Source of the DNA: Candidatus Latescibacterota bacterium
GTDB lineage: Bacteria; Krumholzibacteriota; Krumholzibacteriia; WVZY01
Assembly: GCA_963791045.1 (NCBI GenBank)
Contig: CAWBQK010000007.1
Coordinates: 1 to 64,000 of the forward strand
Direction of reading: 5' to 3'
DNA length: 64,000 nucleotides
Part shown: in pieces, positions 51,952-60,237 of the stretch
How the letters are laid out: each line of letters starts with the position of its first letter
How positions within the stretch are numbered: position 1 is the stretch's first letter
Translations under genes and position numbers: made by a program
The notes under the pieces: model-generated
Told to the model about the DNA's origin: nothing
Seen by the model: the letters and a program-made list of their open reading frames with translations, nothing else
Databases searched by the model: none

Positions 51952-53637
51952 ATGAGCAAGAAGAAAAGTACGGAAAAGAAAGTTTTCCGGGGCGTCGAAG
52001 AGATGCCGCTGTCGTCGGTTTCCGACAGTGATATGAGTTGGAACAAGACAGGGAGCTGGCGGAACGTCAAACCGTTCTATGATGAAAAGAAATCTCCATG
52101 TATCGCGGGATGTCCTGCGGGGACGAACATCCAGGGTTATATTGCGCTGATGCAGGAGAAAAAATACGAGGACGCGGTGCGGATGTTGTGGGAAAAGAAT
52201 CCGATGCCGTCGATCTGCGGCCGCGTGTGTTACCACCCGTGTACCGTGGAATGCGCAAGGGGCGGGATCGAAGAGCCGATAAATATTCCCGCTATTGAAC
52301 GCTTTCTCGGTGATTGGGCGATAGAGAACGGCGTCGTTGAGACCGCCGGCAGCGAAGCCCCGAAAGACGCGACGATAGGCGTCATCGGCGGTGGTCCCGG
52401 CGGATTGAGCTTCGCCTACTTCATGGCGAAGAAAGGGTACCCGGTGACGCTCTACGAGGCCAAAGATGAGCTCGGAGGTGTTCTTCGCTACGGTATCCCC
52501 GAGTATCGTCTGCCCAGGGACGTGCTCGACAGCGAGATCGGCCGCATCGTCAAACTCGGTGTGACTGTCAAGACCGGACAGGACGTCGGACAGGACGTTC
52601 CCATTGAAGCGATCAGCGGTTTTACGGCGAGTTTCCTTGGGATGGGTTTGCAAAAGAGCCGCCGTCTTGGTCTTGAGGGTGAGGAGATGGAGGGTGTGAT
52701 GGCCGGCTTGTCCTTTTTGAAGAGCGTCAATTCGGGCAATCCGATTGATGTCGGCAAAAAGGTTCTCGTTATCGGCGGTGGCAATACGGCGATGGACGTC
52801 GCCAGATGCGCAATACGCATGGGCGCCGAAGTGGAAGTCGTTTACAGACGCACGCGGAACGAGATGCCCGCCATCGAGGATGAAATCGAAGAAGCGGTTG
52901 CTGAAGGCGCCAAACTCACTTTCCTTGCCGCGCCCGTTGAAATTCTTGCCGACGGCGGTAAATTCAAGGGGATGAAGGTTCAGAAGATGGAGTTGGGTGA
53001 ACCCGATGACAGCGGTCGCAGGCGGCCGGTGCCCGTTGAAGGGTCCGAGTACGAAATTACGGGTGACGCGCTTCTGGTCGCGGCGGGCGAGCAGTCCAAT
53101 GTCGAAGCGTTCGAAAAACTGGTAAAAACGGATTACGGGTTTGTCGTGACGGACGATGCCGGCCAGACCAGTGACGATCGTATCTTCGCCGGCGGCGACG
53201 TGGTCACCGGCGCGGCGACGGTCGTTGAAGCGATCGCGCGCGGAAGAAAAGCGGCCAAGTATGTCCACGCAAAGTTGACCGGTGTCCTCGTCGAAGACGA
53301 TGACCGGAGGGTCATCACGATGTCGGACATCAACGATGCGTATTTTACTCCGACAAAACAGGTAGCGACCGCCCACGTTCCTCTTGAAAAAATGACAAAC
53401 CGGTTCTCCGAGGTCAAACAGGGCCTCGGCGAGGGTGAGATTCAACAGGAACTGGATCGTTGTATGAGCTGTGGTGTGTGCAACGGGTGCGACATCTGCT
53501 GGATGTTCTGCCCCGACGCCGCGATCACGAGAGAAAACGGCGTCTACACGATCAATTACGATTATTGCAAGGGCTGTTTGATCTGCCAGCAAGAGTGTCC
53601 GAGGGGAGTTATTTCGTCTGAAAGGGAAGATACTTAA
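51952..53637 (+). CDS. Delta subunit carrying an inserted GltD/NfnB-like FAD/NAD(P)H oxidoreductase domain
   Basis: KTGSWRNVKP, PCIAGCP, CGRVCYHPC, GGGPGG, RYGIPEYRLP, GGGNTAMD/YRR, FAGGD; C-terminal CNGCDICWMFCPD and YCKGCLICQQECP. Confidence 0.9.
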   Translation: MSKKKSTEKKVFRGVEEMPLSSVSDSDMSWNKTGSWRNVKPFYDEKKSPCIAGCPAGTNIQGYIALMQEKKYEDAVRMLWEKNPMPSICGRVCYHPCTVECARGGIEEPINIPAIERFLGDWAIENGVVETAGSEAPKDATIGVIGGGPGGLSFAYFMAKKGYPVTLYEAKDELGGVLRYGIPEYRLPRDVLDSEIGRIVKLGVTVKTGQDVGQDVPIEAISGFTASFLGMGLQKSRRLGLEGEEMEGVMAGLSFLKSVNSGNPIDVGKKVLVIGGGNTAMDVARCAIRMGAEVEVVYRRTRNEMPAIEDEIEEAVAEGAKLTFLAAPVEILADGGKFKGMKVQKMELGEPDDSGRRRPVPVEGSEYEITGDALLVAAGEQSNVEAFEKLVKTDYGFVVTDDAGQTSDDRIFAGGDVVTGAATVVEAIARGRKAAKYVHAKLTGVLVEDDDRRVITMSDINDAYFTPTKQVATAHVPLEKMTNRFSEVKQGLGEGEIQQELDRCMSCGVCNGCDICWMFCPDAAITRENGVYTINYDYCKGCLICQQECPRGVISSEREDT

Positions 53638-54810
53638 ATGAAAATCGTCATCGAAGGCAATCATGCGGTGTCCTACGCTGTCAAGGCTGCGGATGTCGAT
53701 GTTATAGCCGCATACCCGATCACTCCGCAAACACAGATCGTCGAGAAGCTCTCGGAAATGTGCGCCAGTGGAGAACTCGATGCGAAGTTTATCAAGGTGG
53801 AATCAGAACACTCGGCCATGGCGGCCGCGATAGGCGCGAGCGCTGCTGGCGTCAGATCGTTTACAGCAACGTCGTCCCAGGGTCTTCTCCTTATGCACGA
53901 GATGCTTCATTGGGCGGTAGGGGCTCGTCTCCCAGTTGTGCTTGCCAACGTCAACCGCGCGGTTGGACCTCCGTGGAACGTGTGGACGGACCAGAACGAT
54001 TCGCTCTCTCAGCGCGATGTGGGGATGATCCAGCTCTACTGCGAGAGCAACCAGGAAGTGTTCGACACGACCCTCCAGATGTTCTGGGTGAGCGAGAAGA
54101 TCATGCTTCCGTCGATGCTGAATCTCGACGCGTTCTGCCTGTCGCACACATCCGAGATTGTGGACGTCATGGAGTCCGACGAGGCAATCAAGTTTTTGCC
54201 GCGGTACGAGCCAAAACAGTTTTTGGATACGGAAAATCCGCTATCTTTTGGAAACCTAACCGCTCCTGATTTCTATTATGAGCTCCGCTGGCAGATTGAC
54301 CGCGATCTTCGCGCCAGTCTCGACCTGATCAAGCAGGCAGACGAGGAGTTCTACAAACTCTTCGGACGGCGGCATGGAGTAATCGAGGAGTACAGGACCG
54401 AAGGCGCGGATATGCTCCTCTTCACCTCGGGAACGATAACGAGTACGTCACGCGTCGTTGTCGACGAGTGGCGCGAAAAGGGAAAAAAGGTCGGTCTGGT
54501 TAAGATGCGACTCTTCAGACCGTTTCCGACCGAAGAGATTCGAAGGGTTTGCAGCGGCGCCAAGAAGGTCGTCGTGATTGACCGCAACATTGGTTTCAGT
54601 ATCGGTGGCATCTGGGCGCAGGAAATCAAAGCGGCGCTCTGGAATGCAAAGATCCACAAGCCGGTTTTTGATTTCATTGCGGGAATTGGCGGCAGGGATG
54701 TAACACCGGAAACCATTCATGAAATCCTGGAACAGGCCGAACAACTCGATGAGCCGGATCGGGACAACTACTGGATAGGGGTGAAACATGAGCCAGTGCA
54801 TACTGCCTGA
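53638..54810 (+). CDS. porA: 2-oxoacid (pyruvate/ketoisovalerate-type):ferredoxin oxidoreductase alpha subunit
   Basis: AYPITPQT, VESEHSA, TATSSQGL, RLFRPFP, GIGGRD. Confidence 0.95.
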   Translation: MKIVIEGNHAVSYAVKAADVDVIAAYPITPQTQIVEKLSEMCASGELDAKFIKVESEHSAMAAAIGASAAGVRSFTATSSQGLLLMHEMLHWAVGARLPVVLANVNRAVGPPWNVWTDQNDSLSQRDVGMIQLYCESNQEVFDTTLQMFWVSEKIMLPSMLNLDAFCLSHTSEIVDVMESDEAIKFLPRYEPKQFLDTENPLSFGNLTAPDFYYELRWQIDRDLRASLDLIKQADEEFYKLFGRRHGVIEEYRTEGADMLLFTSGTITSTSRVVVDEWREKGKKVGLVKMRLFRPFPTEEIRRVCSGAKKVVVIDRNIGFSIGGIWAQEIKAALWNAKIHKPVFDFIAGIGGRDVTPETIHEILEQAEQLDEPDRDNYWIGVKHEPVHTA

Positions 54811-55687
54811 AGATGAGAGGATGAGTTCGGGACACCTTGGGTGTCAGGGGTGCGGCGCGACCAACGCCATGCGGTTCGCGCTGAAGGGGCTTGGCCCAAA
54901 GACCGCTATTGTTATGCCGGCATGTTGCTGGTCGGTGATCGATGGCCCGTTTCCACATTCTTCGATCGGTGTTCCAGTGTATCACACGGCATTTGAAACG
55001 GCGGCAAGCGCTGCCGCCGGAGTCAAAGCGGGTCTTGTGATGCGTGGTGATAGCGACACGGAAGTTGTAGCATGGGCCGGGGACGGCGGTACGTTTGACA
55101 TCGGTCTCCAGGCGCTCAGCGGCGCCGCCGAGCGGAACGATGATTTCATATACGCGTGCTATGACAACGAAGCGTACATGAACACGGGGATCCAACGTTC
55201 GGGCGCCACACCATATGGTGCGTGGACCACGACGACCCCGACGAAGTTCCCGAAGGAGAATCCCAAGAAAAACATGCTCGATATTCTGGTCGCGCACCAG
55301 ATCCCGTATGCCGCGACGGCGTCAATCGCATACCCGGAGGATCTGATCGCCAAGTTCCAGAAGGCGAGAACGATAAAGGGTACGCGGTTCATCCATATTT
55401 TCGCGCCGTGTCCGACCGGCTGGAAGACGCCCCCTGAAATGACGATCGAGCTGGCCCGTCTTGCCACTGAGACTCACATTTTTCCGCTGCTCGAGGTTTA
55501 TGACGGAAACAGGTACGAGGTATCAAGGCCGAATCGAATTAAAAAAGTTGAAGAGTACGTCAAACTTCAGGGGAGATTCCGGCATTTCAAAGACGAAGAT
55601 ACCGCCCGGATGCAAGATGATGTCGACAGAAGATGGGCGACTCTGCTTGCAAGGGAGAACGAAGGAGGACCGGAAAAAGCGCAGTGA
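54788..55687 (+). CDS. porB: 2-oxoacid:ferredoxin oxidoreductase beta subunit
   Basis: GHLGCQGCG, PACC, GDGGTFDIG...DNEAYMNTGIQRS, PCPTGW. Confidence 0.95.
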   Translation: MSQCILPEDERMSSGHLGCQGCGATNAMRFALKGLGPKTAIVMPACCWSVIDGPFPHSSIGVPVYHTAFETAASAAAGVKAGLVMRGDSDTEVVAWAGDGGTFDIGLQALSGAAERNDDFIYACYDNEAYMNTGIQRSGATPYGAWTTTTPTKFPKENPKKNMLDILVAHQIPYAATASIAYPEDLIAKFQKARTIKGTRFIHIFAPCPTGWKTPPEMTIELARLATETHIFPLLEVYDGNRYEVSRPNRIKKVEEYVKLQGRFRHFKDEDTARMQDDVDRRWATLLARENEGGPEKAQ

Positions 55688-55709
55688 CGTGATCGGGTAG
55701 GATTCCGGT

Positions 55710-56801
55710 TTAGCGTTTCGCGATGTGGTTGAAAAGGTCTTTCACGATCGCCATGTTTTGAAACCAATCAGCGCGGGCCTCTATGAGGTCCGCGTTTTTC
55801 TTTGCAGCGTCCGCGCGAAGCTGAGGGTCGCGCCACGCGTTGATGATGGCGCCGGCGACTGCCGTGGTGTCGTGGGGGGGGACGATGAAACCATTCGAGC
55901 CGTGCTCGATCCACTCGCGGTTTGCGGGAATGTCGCTGACGATCGGAAAGAGACCGCACGCCATTGCCTCGAGAAGCGACACCGATGTGGTGTCGGATAA
56001 TGCGATTGAAACAAAAACGGTGTGATCCCTCAATTGCGCGGGGACATTGTTGTGGTGCGTCTCGCCCGGGAAATCCATCGAATTCGCGAAGACGCCACCG
56101 CCGGCTCTTGCTTCCGCTTCGAGCGCTTGTCTTCGTGAACCCGAACCGGCGATCGTGAGATGGGCGTCGGGGATGGCGCCGGCCACTTCCGCGAACGCCC
56201 GGATAAGGGTGTCAATATTGTACACCGGTTCCAGTTTCCGGTTGCTGAGCACGCGAAGCCTGTCTGTCGCGGTGTTTTCGGTCGCGGGAAAAAACTTGGT
56301 TCTGTCGACGCCAAACGGGAACGTGATTACCCGGTCGGGGTGGGCGCCGAGTTCGATGATGCGTTGACTCATTACTTCCGCGTCGGATGTGATGTACGAT
56401 GCGCGACGGATTACATGCCGGGTCCGTTCCAGGTGAAAGACACTCTTGTCGGGGAGCATCATGATATCGCTGCCCCAGGCGCTCAGCACCCACGGCGCGA
56501 ATCCGCACATGGCCGCGATCACGCCGTAGTTAGGGACGAAGTGGGCGTTTACAATGTGAGGGTCGAACCTTCGGATGATCGATAAAACAGCTGGGACGGC
56601 GAGGGGGTATCGGATGAGATCGGGAAGAAGGCGGGGTACCCGGATTCTCTGGCACGCTTCCGCTACGCCATCGACGGATTCGAGGCTGACGGTGATCGGC
56701 TCGAACCCGTTTGCCGCCAGGAATCCGCTCCAGCGGTGGATGTGAACCTGTCGGGCGTCGCCGAGAATGAGGACTCGTATTTTGGTTTCCGTATCGTTCA
56801 T
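55710..56801 (-). CDS. GT4-family glycosyltransferase
   Basis: NAHF, AWGSDI, FGVD, RKLEPVY, SLLEAMACG, SDIPANREWI. Confidence 0.93.
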   Translation of the reverse strand: MNDTETKIRVLILGDARQVHIHRWSGFLAANGFEPITVSLESVDGVAEACQRIRVPRLLPDLIRYPLAVPAVLSIIRRFDPHIVNAHFVPNYGVIAAMCGFAPWVLSAWGSDIMMLPDKSVFHLERTRHVIRRASYITSDAEVMSQRIIELGAHPDRVITFPFGVDRTKFFPATENTATDRLRVLSNRKLEPVYNIDTLIRAFAEVAGAIPDAHLTIAGSGSRRQALEAEARAGGGVFANSMDFPGETHHNNVPAQLRDHTVFVSIALSDTTSVSLLEAMACGLFPIVSDIPANREWIEHGSNGFIVPPHDTTAVAGAIINAWRDPQLRADAAKKNADLIEARADWFQNMAIVKDLFNHIAKR

Positions 56802-56811
56802 ACCGGGGATG

Positions 56812-56909
56812 AGTTTAGGTGTTTAAAATCCTCGTGTCAAAGAAAGGTTCGGTAATGAGTTAGCCTCAGAAAAGCGGCGGTTGACACTCCCTTAGGGTCG
56901 GGTTAATGT
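56812..56909. promoter_or_regulatory. Back-to-back divergent sigma-70 promoters
   Basis: Minus strand TTGACA(56840)-N17-TAAACT(56812); plus strand TTGACA(56881)-N17-TAATGT(56909). Confidence 0.7.
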
Positions 56910-56939
56910 TAGGGGTCGCCAATGAAAGGATGGAATCTG

Positions 56940-57626
56940 ATGCGTAGATTTTTGCCGTGGGTGATCGCCGTCGGCTTGTTGGTAGGATGCGGTAAAACCC
57001 ATCCGATGAAAGTTGTGGTGGATCCGTCGTTTGAAAGCGGTGACCTGAGCAAAATCGCCGTACTTCCGTTTTCCAGCGCGCTTCATCACACCGCGGATCC
57101 CGATGGGGTGGCGCCGCGCACTTTTGACCAGTTGTTCCGCGCGGAGCTTGACAAGCGCGAAGATTATCAGTGGATTTCTCCCACGTCGGTCGAGTACGCC
57201 ATCAAGCGCGAGGAACTCGAGGATGACTACGTGGCGTTCGTTGATACCTGGCGCAAAAAACATCAGGTCGACAAGGCATTTCTTTCCAGGCTTGGAGGAG
57301 CCCTCCAGGTTGACGGCGTATTGATCGGTGTCGTCGAATTATGGCAGCAGGACGAGGTGGATGTGAGGGAAACAGCGACACCAACGACTTATGTTGGCGC
57401 GACGGTGACGATATTCGATGTTAAGGACGGCAAGGTTCTCTTTGAGGCGTCGGACGAGGATTTCCTCGAGGGGGCGAGAAGCGAGAATCGTGATCAGTCG
57501 ATCGTACGAAGCGGTTCCGGAAAGATATACAAAGATGCCGGCGGATCGGCCTACCAAGCTCCGGCGCCGGATGAAGTCGCCATAAAGGTCGTTTCCGCTC
57601 TCGTGTCGAGTATTCCTGCGAGATAG
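56940..57626 (+). CDS. Lipoprotein of unknown function (CsgG/LpoB/DUF799-like alpha/beta fold candidate)
   Basis: LVGC lipobox; KIAVLPF, LQVDGVLIGVV, TIFDVKDGKVLF. Confidence 0.75.
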   Translation: MRRFLPWVIAVGLLVGCGKTHPMKVVVDPSFESGDLSKIAVLPFSSALHHTADPDGVAPRTFDQLFRAELDKREDYQWISPTSVEYAIKREELEDDYVAFVDTWRKKHQVDKAFLSRLGGALQVDGVLIGVVELWQQDEVDVRETATPTTYVGATVTIFDVKDGKVLFEASDEDFLEGARSENRDQSIVRSGSGKIYKDAGGSAYQAPAPDEVAIKVVSALVSSIPAR

Positions 57627-57668
57627 CGGGCGGACGGCGGACCCAAAACAGAACGCGGCATTCGCAGT

Positions 57669-58142
57669 ATGAAAAACGAAAGCTTCTGGATGCGGTGCGC
57701 CCTGGACGAAGCCGAGAAGGCGCTTGCCGCCGGAGAAGTTCCCGTCGGCGCCGTGGTTGTGTGTAAGGGTGAGGTTGTCGGGAGAGGCCACAATCGGACC
57801 GAGAAGACGGGATTTCCCTTCGAACACGCCGAAGTCGTCGCGATGTGGGACGCGGTGAGAAAACATGACCGCTGGGTGTTGAACGAAAGTGCGGTGTATG
57901 TGACGGTCGAACCCTGCGTGATGTGTGTCGGGGCGATGCTTCTCGCGCGTGTCCCAAAGGTTTTTTTTGGCGCGCGCGAACCCAAGACCGGGGCGTGCGA
58001 AAGCGTATTGTCGATTCCAAACGAACCCGGGCTCGAACACAAAATTGCCGTTATTGGTGGGATCGAAGCCGATCGCTGCGCCGAGTTGATGAAAGCGTTT
58101 TTTCGCGGGAGGCGAGACGAAAACAACGAAATGAGAAAATAA
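57669..58142 (+). CDS. tadA: tRNA adenosine(34) deaminase
   Basis: GEVPVGAV, HAE, TVEPCVMC, FGAREPKTGA, AFFR. Confidence 0.92.
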   Translation: MKNESFWMRCALDEAEKALAAGEVPVGAVVVCKGEVVGRGHNRTEKTGFPFEHAEVVAMWDAVRKHDRWVLNESAVYVTVEPCVMCVGAMLLARVPKVFFGAREPKTGACESVLSIPNEPGLEHKIAVIGGIEADRCAELMKAFFRGRRDENNEMRK

Positions 58143-58208
58143 GACCTCCCCCGCGCGTGGGCTTTTTGGGAAGGACGCGTGGCTCGGGGTATTTCCGGAA
58201 TTTCCGGC

Positions 58209-58299
58209 GGAGAGATGCGAGAGCTGGCTTAATCGGCACGATTGGAAATCGTGTGAGCGCGTAAGCGTTCCGAGGGTTCGAATCCCTCTCTCTCCGCCA
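58209..58299 (+). tRNA. tRNA-Ser(GGA)
   Basis: GGAGAGA/TCTCTCC acceptor stem, CACGA-TTGGAAA-TCGTG anticodon arm, long variable arm, GGTTCGAATCC, CCA. Confidence 0.97.
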
Positions 58300-58324
58300 T
58301 TTTTTTATGCCCTCCTGCGAGAAG

Positions 58325-58487
58325 GCGCGCGGGTCCTGTCGCCAATTACCCATAGCGAAGCGGAGTGCGGGGTGTCATGTTCAGATGCTTCGGCCATCTC
58401 CATGGTAAGCCCGCGCGTGGCTTACGCCTGAAGAGAGTGAGGTAACGGTGCATGTCACCCCGCACTTCTCACTATCGTTCCGCGCGC
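58325..58487 (+). ncRNA. Unidentified structured RNA-like element
   Basis: Nested stems 58325-32/58480-87 and 58362-80/58450-68 enclosing hairpins, one with a C(UUCG)G loop. Confidence 0.45.
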
Positions 58488-58780
58488 GACGGGGGCCCCA
58501 TTGACGCCACCCGCGCGAAGCAACTGCGTGGAGTTTGACGCATACCAATGCGGTCTTTCCTTGAAATAACCTCTCGTTTGTGGTAAAATAACCCATCATT
58601 GTCTGAGAACACATTTTCTCGGGCAGATGCTGGCGATTCCATAACTATATGTTTCACTTGGTGTTAGAGCGCACGGGATAGAGGAGTGAAACGTTGGGCT
58701 CCGTCTTTTTCACAAGTCGGGGCCCTTCGTGTGTCTTGTTTGCCAGTACCGAGGTGGACAGGCGGTCCGGCCTGTCGGTA

Positions 58781-58820
58781 TGCCATATTATTGACTTTGG
58801 CAATGTTTGTATGGTAAAAT
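58781..58820 (+). promoter_or_regulatory. Sigma-70 promoter overlapped by a TGCCA-N12-TGGCA palindrome
   Basis: TTGACT-N18-TAAAAT with extended -10 TG; inverted repeat at 58781-58802. Confidence 0.5.
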
Positions 58821-58895
58821 TGAGCTATAGGAAAATATACGGACTTATCGGGGGAGCTGCGGTTTCGCTTTCTTAACACAACACCAGGAGCACAT

Positions 58896-59552
58896 GTGGG
58901 AAACCAGTTGAAAAATATCACTATAATACTTGTTCTCGGGGTTTTTGCGGCGGCACCGGTTGTTGCGGCGATAGTCACGAGCCACTTGGCGTCCGACGCC
59001 GAAATGCTCGGGGCGGCCGAGAATTTCGCCTTTGTGGCCGAAGGCCGAATCGGTGACCTCGGAGGCGCCGCCACATTCGAGCTGGACCTCGGTGACGATA
59101 CGGGCAATCCGTACACCGTGGAGCAATACGCCTGGCAAAGCGGCGTCGAGGAACCGTTTGTCCTGACATATGTGAAGGCGACCAACGTGGTGTCCTACAC
59201 CCTGGGCGGCAAAACGCTCACGTACTCCCCGGGGCTTTCGTTCCAGGAGATTTTTGTCAGAGCGAGAGCGGTCAATGATGGCACCAGTGTTGAAGTCTAT
59301 GACCTCATTCTCAACGGCGAAGCGGTCGGAGACGCATCGAGCGCCTTCGGGCCTGACGGGCTCGATATTCTGGCGATAAGTGGTGTTGAGCTTTACGACG
59401 GATTCACGCTGACGGGGACCGCACGCTTGACCTGGACGGGGAGCCCGCCGACCCAGTCCCGCCTTGCTTTTCAGATAAAGGTTGGAAGCGCCCCCACGGT
59501 TCCGGTTGAGGACTCGAGTTGGGGTAAGGTCAAGTCTCTCTACGCGGACTGA
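58896..59552 (+). CDS. Secreted beta-rich protein with C-terminal SWGKVKSLY tail (start uncertain)
   Basis: Signal peptide, FVAEGRIGD...ATFELD body, Pro/Thr linker APTVPVEDS, then SWGKVKSLYAD. Confidence 0.85.
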   Translation: MGNQLKNITIILVLGVFAAAPVVAAIVTSHLASDAEMLGAAENFAFVAEGRIGDLGGAATFELDLGDDTGNPYTVEQYAWQSGVEEPFVLTYVKATNVVSYTLGGKTLTYSPGLSFQEIFVRARAVNDGTSVEVYDLILNGEAVGDASSAFGPDGLDILAISGVELYDGFTLTGTARLTWTGSPPTQSRLAFQIKVGSAPTVPVEDSSWGKVKSLYAD

Positions 59553-59582
59553 CCCGCGGCTCAAAAACCGTTCCTCTGTTTG

Positions 59583-59619
59583 CCCTCTGCCGGCCCATTG
59601 CAGGCCGGCGGAGGGTTTT
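59583..59619 (+). terminator. Intrinsic terminator
   Basis: CCCTCTGCCGGCC/GGCCGGCGGAGGG stem followed by TTTT. Confidence 0.85.
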
Positions 59620-59720
59620 ATTTGGGCCCCCAATCCACGCCCCGTGCAAAACACTGCAAGCAAACGCATATATTTAGACTAACGACTTGCCTGCGGCCTC
59701 TCTTGGGTTAATATGCCCGT

Positions 59721-59810
59721 GGAGAGATGCCAGAGTGGTTGAATGGGGCGGTCTCGAAAACCGTTGAGTGCGCAAGCGCTCCGGGGGTTCGAATCCCCCT
59801 CTCTCCGCCA
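59721..59810 (+). tRNA. tRNA-Ser(CGA)
   Basis: GCGGT-CTCGAAA-ACCGT anticodon arm, long variable arm, T arm, CCA. Confidence 0.97.
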
Positions 59811-59843
59811 TTTTTTTTATCGCGAACGTAACAGATTATCGGT

Positions 59844-59919
59844 GGGGATGTAGCTCAGTTGGGAGAGCGCCTCGTTCGCAACGAGGGGGTCGGCGGTTCG
59901 AGTCCGCTCATCTCCACCA
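59844..59919 (+). tRNA. tRNA-Ala(CGC)
   Basis: 76 nt, GGGGATG acceptor with G3:U70, CCTCG-TTCGCAA-CGAGG anticodon arm, CCA. Confidence 0.97.
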
Positions 59920-59941
59920 TTTTCGTTCATGACTATAATGA

Positions 59942-60212
59942 GATCGTGCTAGACGGGGAGTTAGCGGTGCCCTGTACCCGCAATCCGCTATAGCGGGGTT
60001 GAATCCCTGCCCGCGGGCGTCCGGTGTCGTGATCTTCTTTTGCGGAAGTGGCGTTGATGGTCAGGTCCCATGCAATGGCCACCCATGAACCCCGTCAGGA
60101 CCGGAAGGTAGCAGCGGTAAGTGGTTACCGGTCATGTGATATGGGGTTGCCTGATTGGAGTTAACCCGCAGAGGAAGAGCGGTGTCGGCGTTCAGAGGCA
60201 GGTGCACGGTCT
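59942..60212 (+). ncRNA. ffs: Signal recognition particle RNA, large (Alu-domain) bacterial type
   Basis: Domain IV GTCAGGACCGGAAGGTAGCAGC; 5' CGTGCTAGACGGGGAGTTAGCGGTGCCCTGTACCCGCAATCCGCT resembles Bacillus scRNA; ends pair (CGTGC/GCACG); lies directly upstream of dnaX. Confidence 0.93.
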
Positions 60213-60237
60213 CCTGTTCACACTTTAGGAGAAAAGG

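Noticed and set aside
51952-53637. DsrL or glutamate synthase small subunit
   Set aside because: No dsr or gltB neighbours; the PorD signatures and position in a por operon explain it better.
51682-53730. Long antisense ORFs (682 aa here; also 20049..21311, 25649..27058, 29533..30960, 48428..49474)
   Set aside because: These are shadows of well-supported GC-rich genes on the opposite strand, with no recognisable motifs.
58428-58446. CTGAAGA as a hammerhead ribozyme core
   Set aside because: There is no stem II followed by GAAA and no matching stem I/III arrangement.
58325-58487. 6S RNA
   Set aside because: The internal loop is strongly asymmetric and the apex is multibranched, unlike the 6S central bubble. 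It is kept as an unknown structure.
58209-59810. Genomic island bounded by the two tRNA-Ser genes
   Set aside because: Both tRNAs are complete with different anticodons, and no integrase or att fragment is present.
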